A DNA stretch of 64,000 nucleotides. Origin: Eledone cirrhosa. Taxonomy: Eukaryota. The stretch lies in assembly GCA_964016885.1 (NCBI GenBank), contig OZ024740.1, positions 425,506,001-425,570,000 on the forward strand. Direction: 5' to 3'. A model generated the notes under the pieces. It was given only the letters and a program-made list of their open reading frames with translations, had not been told where the DNA came from and did no database searches. The translations under genes and the position numbers were made by a program. This document shows positions 55,119-64,000 of this stretch, in pieces (within the stretch, counting starts at the first letter, position 1; each line of letters opens with the position of its first letter).

Positions 55119-55208
55119 GTAATTCCGTCGGAAAAGTCCAGGAAAAAAGAGTGCTCTATGTAGGTAACAGAGCTTAATAGTTATATAATAAACAACATAA
55201 GGCAATTA

Positions 55209-55269
55209 TTTCATTTACCAGTGGTTTCTTAAAAGCAAAAAAAAATTGCTTTCAATCATCAGAATGAAA
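55209..55269 (-). ncRNA. Type I hammerhead ribozyme motif
   Basis: Inverted copy of 55346-55406. Confidence 0.9.
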
Positions 55270-55345
55270 AAATCCTGGCGTATTTATTGACGTTGGATTT
55301 TAAAAACATTTTTTAAATCCAACGTCAATAAATACGCCAGGATTT

Positions 55346-55406
55346 TTTCATTCTGATGATTGAAAGCAATTTTTTTTTGCTTTTAAGAAACCACTGGTAA
55401 ATGAAA
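55346..55406 (+). ncRNA. Type I hammerhead ribozyme motif
   Basis: TTTCATT-CTGATGA-TTGAAAGCAA-T7-TTGCTTTTAA-GAAA-CC-ACT-GG-TA-AATGAAA. 7-bp stem I, 10-bp stem II, GUA site with predicted cleavage after 55399. Confidence 0.9.
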
Positions 55407-55431
55407 TAATTGCCTTATGTTGTTTATTACA

Positions 55432-55486
<55 letters not shown>

Positions 55487-56104
55487 CTGCAGGCATCCTT
55501 CCCACCAACATTTCCTCGCCATGCAATCTTGATTTCTCACACCAAATCTTCACTAACTCCACCAATAATTCTTTAATGTCGGCTTGATAATATTGACTTT
55601 TTCAACAACAGAAAAAGCTCCAAACCCTAAAATGTAAAACTAAGAAACTCACTGCCCTATAGAGCACGCCAGCTGGATAAAACCGTGATAATCACGTCTG
55701 GAATATCTTCGATCATAGATAGGTCTACTCGGTCAAAACCGACCAAGAGTTAAGCAAGAACTGCTGTAACCTTTCAGATCAAGATTGGGACGAGGACGAG
55801 ATGAAGAAGTGAATGATGTCAGATACGATCTACAATCCCGTGGATCATGAACGAAAAGGTCGATACGTCAACCACACAGCCATTTAATTTGGATTTAAAC
55901 ATCGTATATAACCAATCTCAACCACTCTAGATATCTTGTTTGTTATCTATAACGTGTTATTGAAATGACCGCCATAAACAATGTATATATAGACATAATA
56001 TATACATTTAAACTTGGTCTATACAAGATACTGTAAAAGATTAAACTATATTATAGAATTGTACGAGATTCTATCCGAACTACAGAAATCGTGGTATGCA
56101 CATA

Positions 56105-56510
56105 ACATATTTACACACACGCTCACACATACATATTTACACACACGCTCACACATACATATTTACACACACGCTCACACATACATATTTACACACACGC
56201 TCACACATACATATTTACACACACGCTCACACACATATTTACACACACGCTCACACATACATATTTACACACACGCTCACACATACATATTTACACACAC
56301 GCTCACACATACATATTTACACACACGCTCACACACATATTTACACACACGCTCACACATACATATTTACACACACGCACACACATACATATTTACACAC
56401 ACGCTCACATACATATTTACACACACGCTCACACATACATATTTACACACACATATACATACATATTTACAACACGCTCACACGTACATATTTACACACA
56501 CGCTCACACA
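56105..56510. repeat. 26/22-bp CA-rich minisatellite
   Basis: Unit ACATATTTACACACACGCTCACAC(AT), about 16 copies. Confidence 0.92.
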
Positions 56511-57111
56511 TGCACTCTTATTAACTTGTACTCATTCACAAATATACACTTACACATATACATACATGCACATTCACACACGTATACACATTTAACTATA
56601 AAAACAAACACTGTCACATATACTAATACACGCACAAATGCTCACACATACCTACACTTGCAGATAAACACACACGCACACACAAAATTACATTCTCTCT
56701 CTCACTCACTCTCTCCTACACACACTATCTCTCTCACTCACTCACTCTCTCCTACACACTCTCTCTCTCACTCACTCACTCTCTCCTAGACACTCTCCGT
56801 CTCTCACTCACACTCTTTCTATCCCTCTTAACCCCCTCTCTGTGTCTATCTACCTCTCTAGTTCACCCTTTATTCCGGATATACAATAATATTTAAGGAA
56901 TGTGTCCAAATATTTAGCCACATGACTGAGTTGTATTTCGTTTGTCAGTCATAAGGTTACTAGTTCGATCCTACAACTTCTCTCTTAACATCCCTAGTAA
57001 TATCAATGATATTGTAAGGTCGTGTAACTCCTAAGGGAGTCGTAGGGGCGCCGTAGACGGAAATTGTGCAACAGCTCGGCAGTTGGGTTCTACCTGGAAT
57101 TGAGACAGTCG

Positions 57112-57194
57112 ATACTGTCATACTGTTTCACGTTTATTCTCATACTGTCACACTGTTTCACATTTGTATTGTCATACTGTTTCACGTTTATTCT
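57112..57194 (+). repeat. Short ~27-30-bp tandem triplication
   Basis: TGTCATACTGTTTCACGTTT occurs three times with variants. Confidence 0.75.
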
Positions 57195-58507
57195 GCTTCA
57201 ACATTACGCTAAGAGTGTGTGTGTCTGTGAGATACTCAGCCACTTATTCGTGCACACTCACACTTCCACTCACTCACACTTACACTCACACACATATCTA
57301 CTTATGTTCATGTATATTTCTTAAATACAACTGTAGATTAAAACTTATGGGGGGGGGGGGCTTTGTGTGACATGCTAGAAAGAACACCTAAATACTGAAA
57401 TATCAGCAACTAACACTTACAAACCAACGAAACTGCCACAGCAGGTCACTTGACCTGCTAGAAATAGCAGCCATATTACCCTCAAATTAAACTTTAAAAA
57501 AGGGAATGTTGCATTGTTTAATATAGTTCTTGATATGCTATACATGAAAGCAAAAGCTAGACTGGTATCGGTTGTATTGTCTTTCATCTTAAATCTGATT
57601 TGTCAGAGGCTGACCTGAGGCTAATCAATGTAAAGTTTAGATATTGGAGCGTATATTCTGGTTATATTTTCTGGAAAATACGACGGGGTGATCATAAGTG
57701 AAGCATTTTGATATTCGGCTAGCTCGATCGGTGCTCAGTAACGAGTTTGTATGTTGTCGATCGACCATGTTAAAAATAAGCAGTCAAGTTCCCCTCAAAT
57801 CGGACATTTCCAATTGAATGGTGGAAAGAAGCACTACATATATATCATATGAAATTAAGATGGGTGATCATGGAACGCTTTGAGCACATGTGGGTTCAGT
57901 TAGGGTTGAACTAGGAACAAACAACCCCAGCAACATAAAAGAAAATATTAATTTCTTTGTTAATAATCCAACATTGAGTTGGTGCAAGGATTAGTAGGGC
58001 CACGATGCTAACAGCCTTTTCTTGGTCCCTTCATGTAACCTATTCCGAAAGAGGGATGAAACAACTCAAGTAATTCTATCGACCTCGAAAGAATAAAAGA
58101 TAGAGATATCCTCGGCTGGATTTAAAATTAGAACGCTGAGATCTGCAACAAATTCAGCAAGGCTTACTATCCGACTATAAGAAAAATAACTGCCCCAGCA
58201 ACTGTGTCGATTACAATGGCAATGGTTGCAACTACAGTGGTAACTATCAACTAAATTTATTCTAATTTGATGAGGTCTGTGTGTTACATTGATTCTATAT
58301 TAACCGCTGGTAGATAATAATAATAATAATAATAATGAAATTATTGTGTACAGTGCTCAGGTGCACTACAACTCATAAAAGGTGCATGTATCGTACATAG
58401 ATAATATACAGATGTCAGGGAAGTGAATAGTGTATGAGTCATGATATACATGTGTGCGTGTGTATAGAGGGGGAATATTAGGTGTAGTGTTGGCGAATCT
58501 CAGGAAG

Positions 58508-61500
58508 CATGGAGGTTTTAAAGGATGAAGTGTCTCGACAGCTAACAACTGATGCAGGTAGTTTGTTCCATGGAGGTTTTAAAGGATGAAGTGTCTCGAC
58601 AGCTAACAACTGATGCAGGTAGTTTGTTCCATGGAGGTTTTAAAGGATGAAGTGTCTCGACAGCTAACAACTGATGCAGGTAGTTTATTCCATGGAGGTT
58701 TTAAAGGATGAAGTGTCACGACAGCTAACAACTGATGCAGGTAGTTTGTTCCATGGAGGTTTTAAAGGATGAAGTGTCTCGACAGCTAACAACTGATGCA
58801 GGTAGTTTGTTCCATGGAGGTTTTAAAGGATGCAGTGTCTCGACAGCTAACAACTGATGCAGGTAGTTTGTTCCATGGAGGTTTTAAAGGATGAAGTGTC
58901 ACGACAGCTAACAACTGATGCAGGTAGTTTGTTCCATGGAGGTTTTAAAGGATGAAGTGTCACGACAGCTAACAACTGATGCAGGTAGTTTGTTCCATGG
59001 AGGTTTTAAAGGACGAAGTGTCTCGACAGCTAACAACTGATGCAGGTAGTTTGTTCCATGGAGGTTTTAAAGGATGAAGTGTCTCGACAGCTAACAACTG
59101 ATGCAGGTAGTTTGTTCCATGGAGGTTTTAAAGGATGAAGTGTCACGACAGCTAACAACTGATGCAGGTAGTTTGTTCCATGGAGGTTTTAAAGGATGAA
59201 GTGTCTCGACAGCTAACAACTGATGCAGGTAGTTTGTTCCATGGAGGTTTTAAAGGATGAAGTGTCACGACAGCTAACAACTGATGCAGGTAGTTTGTTC
59301 CATGGAGGTTTTAAAGGATGAAGTGTCTCGACAGCTAACAACTGATGCAGGTAGTTTGTTCCATGGAGGTTTTAAAGGATGAAGTGTCACGACAGCTAAC
59401 AACTGATGCAGGTAGTTTGTTCCATGGAGGTTTTAAAGGATGAAGTGTCTCGACAGCTAACAACTGATGCAGGTAGTTTGTTCCATGGAGGTTTTAAAGG
59501 ATGAAGTGTCACGACAGCTAACAACTGATGCAGGTAGTTTGTTCCATGGAGGTTTTAAAGGATGAAGTGTCTCGACAGCTAACAACTGATGCAGGTAGTT
59601 TGTTCCATGGAGGTTTTAAAGGATGAAGTGTCTCGACAGCTAACAACTGATGCAGGTAGTTTGTTCCATGGAGGTTTTAAAGGATGAAGTGTCTCGACAG
59701 CTAACAACTGATGCAGGTAGTTTGTTCCATGGAGGTTTTAAAGGATGAAGTGTCACGACAGCTAACAACTGATGCAGGTAGTTTGTTCCATGGAGGTTTT
59801 AAAGGATGAAGTGTCTCGACAGCTAACAACTGATGCAGGTAGTTTGTTCCATGGAGGTTTTAAAGGATGAAGTGTCACGACAGCTAACAACTGATGCAGG
59901 TAGTTTGTTCCATGGAGGTTTTAAAGGATGAAGTGTCTCGACAGCTAACAACTGATGCAGGTAGTTTGTTCCATGGAGGTTTTAAAGGATGAAGTGTCTC
60001 GACAGCTAACAACTGATGCAGGTAGTTTGTTCCATGGAGGTTTTAAAGGATGAAGTGTCTCGACAGCTAACAACTGATGCAGGTAGTTTGTTCCATGGAG
60101 GTTTTAAAGGATGAAGTGTCACGACAGCTAACAACTGATGCAGGTAGTTTGTTCCATGGAGGTTTTAAAGGATGAAGTGTCACGACAGCTAACAACTGAT
60201 GCAGGTAGTTTGTTCCATGGAGGTTTTAAAGGATGAAGTGTCTCGACAGCTAACAACTGATGCAGGTAGTTTGTTCCATGGAGGTTTTAAAGGATGAAGT
60301 GTCTCGACAGCTAACAACTGATGCAGGTAGTTTGTTCCATGGAGGTTTTAAAGGATGAAGTGTCTCGACTGCTAACAACTGATGCAGGTAGTTTGTTCCA
60401 TGGAGGTTTTAAAGGATGAAGTGTCTCGACAGCTAACAACTGATGCAGGTAGTTTGTTCCATGGAGGTTTTAAAGGATGAAGTGTCACGACAGCTAACAA
60501 CTGATGCAGGTAGTTTGTTCCATGGAGGTTTTAAAGGATGAAGTGTCTCGACAGCTAACAACTGATGCAGGTAGTTTGTTCCATGGAGGTTTTAAAGGAT
60601 GAAGTGTCTCGACAGCTAACAACTGATGCAGGTAGTTTGTTCCATGGAGGTTTTAAAGGATGAAGTGTCACGACAGCTAACAACTGATGCAGGGAGTTTG
60701 TTCCATGGAAGTTTTAAAGGATGCAGTGTCTCAACAGCTAACAACTGATGCAGGGAGTTTGTTCCATGGAGGTTTTAAAGGATGCAGTGTCACGACAGCT
60801 AACAACTGATGCAGGTAGTTTGTTCCATGGAGGTTTTAAAGGATGAAGTGTCTCGACAGCTAACAACTGATGCAGGTAGTTTGTTCCATGGAGGTTTTAA
60901 AGGATGCAGTGTCTCAACAGCTAACAACTGATGCAGGGAGTTTGTTCCATGGAAGTTTTAAAGGATGCAGTGTCTCAACAGCTAACAACTGATGCAGGGA
61001 GTTTGTTCCATGGAGGTTTTAAAGGATGCAGTGTCACGACAGCTAACAACTGATGCAGGTAGTTTGTTCCATGGAGGTTTTAAAGGATGCAGTGTCTCGA
61101 CAGCTAACAACTGATGCAGGTAGTTTGTTCCATGGAGGTTTTAAATGATGCAGTGTCTCGACAGCTAACAACTGATGTAGGGAGTTTGTTCCATGGAGGT
61201 TTTAAAGGATGAAGTGTCTCGACAGCTAACAACTGATGCAGGTAGTTAGTTCCATGGAGGTTTTAAAGGATGAAGTGTCACGACAGCTAACAACTGATGC
61301 AGGTAGTTTGTTCCATGGAGGTTTTAAAGAATGCAGTGTCTCGACACCTAACAACTGATGCAGGTAGTTTGTTCCATGAAGGTTTTAAAGGATGCAGTGT
61401 CTCGACAGCTAACAACTGATGCAGGTAGTTTGTTCTATGGAGGTTTTAAAGAATGAAGTGTCTCGACAGCTCACAACTGATGCAGGTAGTTTGTTCCATG

Positions 61501-62411
61501 GAGGTTTTAAAGGATGCAGTGTCTCGACAGCTAACAACTGATGCAGGTAGTTTGTTCCATGGAGGTTTTAAAGGATGCAGTGTCTCGACAGCTAACAACT
61601 GATGTAGGTAGTTTGTTCAATGGTGGTTTTAAAGGATGAAGTGTCTCGACAGCTAACAACTGATGCAGGTAGTTTGTTCCATGGAGGTTTTAAAGGATGC
61701 AGTGTCTCGACAGCTAACAACTGATGCAGGTAGTTTGTTCCATGAAGGTTTTAAAGGATGCAGTGTCTCGACAGCTAACAACTGATGCAGGTAGTTTGTT
61801 CCATGGAGGTTTTAAAGAATGAAGTGTCTCGACAGCTAACAACTGATGCAGGTAGTTTGTTCCACGGAGGTTTTAAATATGCAGTGTCTCGACAGCTAAC
61901 AACTGATGCAGGTAGTTTGTTCCATGGAGGTTTTAAAGGATGCAGTGTCTCGACAGCTAACAACTGATGCAGGTAGTTTGTTCCATGGAGGTTTTAAAGG
62001 ATGCAGTGTCTCGACAGCTAACAACTGATGCAGGTAGTTTGTTCCATGGAGGTTTTAAAGGATGCAGTGTCTCGACAGCTAACAACTGATGCAGGTAGTT
62101 TGTTCCATGGAGGTTTTAAAGGATGAAGTGTCTCGACAGCTAACAACTGATGCAGGTAATTTGTTCCATGGAGGTTTTAAAGGATGCAGTGTCTCGACAG
62201 CTAACAACTGATGCAGGTAGTTTGTTCCATGGAGGTTTTAAAGTATGAAGTGTCTCGACAGCTAACAACTGATGCAGGTAGTTTGTTCCATGGAGGTTTT
62301 AAAGGATGAAGTGTCTCGACAGCTAACAACTGATGCAGGTAGTTTGTTCCATGGAGGTTTTAAAGGATGAAGTGTCTCGACAGCTAACAACTGATGTAGG
62401 TAGTTTGTTCT
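58508..62411. repeat. 61-bp satellite, ~64 copies, derived from LINE ORF2
   Basis: Unit CATGGAGGTTTTAAAGGATGAAGTGTCTCGACAGCTAACAACTGATGCAGGTAGTTTGTTC. The - strand encodes WNKLPASVVSCRDTSSFKTSM. Confidence 0.98.
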
Positions 62412-62855
62412 ATGCTTCAGAAACTCTGAGCGTGAAAAAATGTTTCCGAAAGTCATGGGAGCTGTGCTGTTTTCTGACTTTGTTGGCATGCCCACGTGTG
62501 TTAGACACATGGAAATCAAAAAGGTACTCAGAGTTGTTGTTGGCAAGATGGTTAATAATTTTGTGGGTGTTTACCAAGTCAGTTGCTAGATGTCAGAGCT
62601 TCAATGTATCCATGCTCAGGGAAGCAAGGCGTTCAGAGTATGATAGATGCCTGATGGAGGGTATTCGCTTGGTTGCACGTCTCTGAACAGTTTCCAGGCG
62701 GTCAATGTTCTGAGCAATATAGGGGTTCCAGACTGGTGATGCAAATTCTAAGTGTGGCCGCACCATAGCTATATATAACTTTAAATAGATAGCTGGAGAG
62801 CGGCTGTCAAAGGTCATGCTGAGTGATGCTAAGACACCCTCGGCCTTCTTAACAA
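62412..62855 (-). pseudogene. CR1/L2-type ORF2 C-terminal region
   Basis: LYIAMVRPHLEFASPVWNPY..IDRLETVQRRATKRI..LSYSERL..L*HLATDLV..SNTRGH..FRKHFFTLRV. Confidence 0.92.
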
Positions 62856-63850
62856 TAGGTATAATAGCATATGCAGTTTATAAATAACTAACATTTTTAA
62901 AGACATTTTATTTTATAGTATTTATTACGAGGGATCAGGCTCTGTCTCTTATTTTGTTTTTATGTTTTTATTCATTTAACTAGATATATTTTCATGTTTT
63001 TATTCCATTCTGTAATTTGAGGTTCAGTCACAGCAATGCACTAAGACACCAAGATTTGTTTGTTGCCTATTAATCTCATTGCTGTGATTGTCATTTTGAT
63101 TTTATTAATTTTTAACGAAAGAAATATAAGTTACCTTGGCGTAATTTCATAAAACTCAGGCAAAACAAAATTTCCCTACCCTTTTTTTTTTCTCATTTTT
63201 TTTTACGTCCCAAAATGTTTCTTTCCACGCCTTTTTCTTGGTTCGGTTAATTTTGGAGAAAATTTGATCAGGATTCAGAAAAACTCCCGCAATAAATGTG
63301 TCTGTTATGAGAACTGACACGGCGGCGTGGGGTGGGGATGGGGATGGGGTATGGGGGTTTATGATTGGAAATTAAAATTACGATATTAGGAATATATAAC
63401 TCTCATCATTTTTATGTGTCTACTAATGCACTCGTTCAGGCAATAATGACGGCAAATCGGTTTATCTTATTTAAATGTATTGAACATGGGAGGAAAATAA
63501 AGTTAGAATATAGAAAACTACGTTTATTTTTATTTGCACGATGGAAAGATTTTATAGGGAAACAATCTTGAATACACACACATGCGTACACACGCACACG
63601 CATAAAAGCACACATAAACACACAGAGTAATCAAGGGAGGTAACAAGAATAAGAACGGCGGTATCAATCTTTGCGTGACACGAAATATATAATTACACAA
63701 GTATATTTATTATAAGCGTGATTTATTTATTGTTTGAGTTTTATTATACACAAACGACGATATCGTATCAAGAAACAATATTCTTTTAACACTCTCTTCT
63801 CCCTCTTTTTCCATTCTTTCTTTCTTCCATTCTCCCTCTCTCCCTCCCCC

Positions 63851-63851
<1 letters not shown>

Positions 63852-63936
<85 letters not shown>
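63852..63936. repeat. (CT)n(TA)n microsatellite
   Basis: Seen directly. Confidence 0.97.
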
Positions 63937-63940
<4 letters not shown>

Positions 63941-64000
63941 CTATCTGATTGTATAAGCATGTATACGACTGTGTATATATGCGTTTTGGGTTTGCAATCA

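Larger units (their letters stand above)
55117..55438. mobile_element. Foldback element with two divergent hammerheads (family A variant)
   Basis: Arms 55177-55300 and 55315-55438 (124 bp, one mismatch seen). (TA)n on both sides. Left extension AGAGTGCTCT.TGTAGG..ACAGAGCT is shared with 48991-49017. Confidence 0.9.
58315..62855 (-). mobile_element. 5'-truncated CR1/L2-type LINE split by a 3.9-kb internal tandem expansion
   Basis: ORF2 C-terminus at 62855-62410, array, then the last codons (MLPEIRQHYT*), a ~140-bp 3' UTR and an (ATT)n tail at 58315-58336. Confidence 0.9.

Noticed and set aside
58508-62411. CTGATGC in the 61-bp unit as a hammerhead core
   Set aside because: It is not CTGANGA, there is no GAAA partner, and the unit is explained as LINE coding sequence.

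Overview
Repeat-dominated eukaryotic DNA with no host gene I can support. The SINE families, the (TA)n/(CA)n density and the TE mix suggest an octopus-like mollusc genome (inference). About half of the window is tandem DNA: a 46-bp satellite (1-4590), a ~24-kb AT-rich 26/30-bp satellite with kb-scale internal duplications (11618-35437), and two arrays that grew out of LINE ORF2 C-termini (55 bp in an RTE-type element, 61 bp in a CR1/L2-type element). Other TE remnants are a 5'-truncated Penelope-like element (RT plus GIY-YIG), RTE and CRE-like fragments, a non-autonomous Helitron and tRNA-derived SINEs. The most notable signal is a set of type I hammerhead ribozyme motifs, read by eye as CTGANGA...GAAA...NUH with paired stems. 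Eight near-complete motifs from four sequence families lie between 49.0 and 55.4 kb, six of them within 52.9-55.4 kb. They sit in short non-coding elements beside (TA)n tracts: three head-to-head foldbacks with a ribozyme on each strand, one inverted-repeat element, and one 446-nt highly structured tandem monomer that looks like a non-LTR retrozyme. A degenerate hammerhead of the same design lies in the 3' region of the Penelope-like element, which suggests what mobilises them. Nearly all supplied ORFs are artefacts of repeats.
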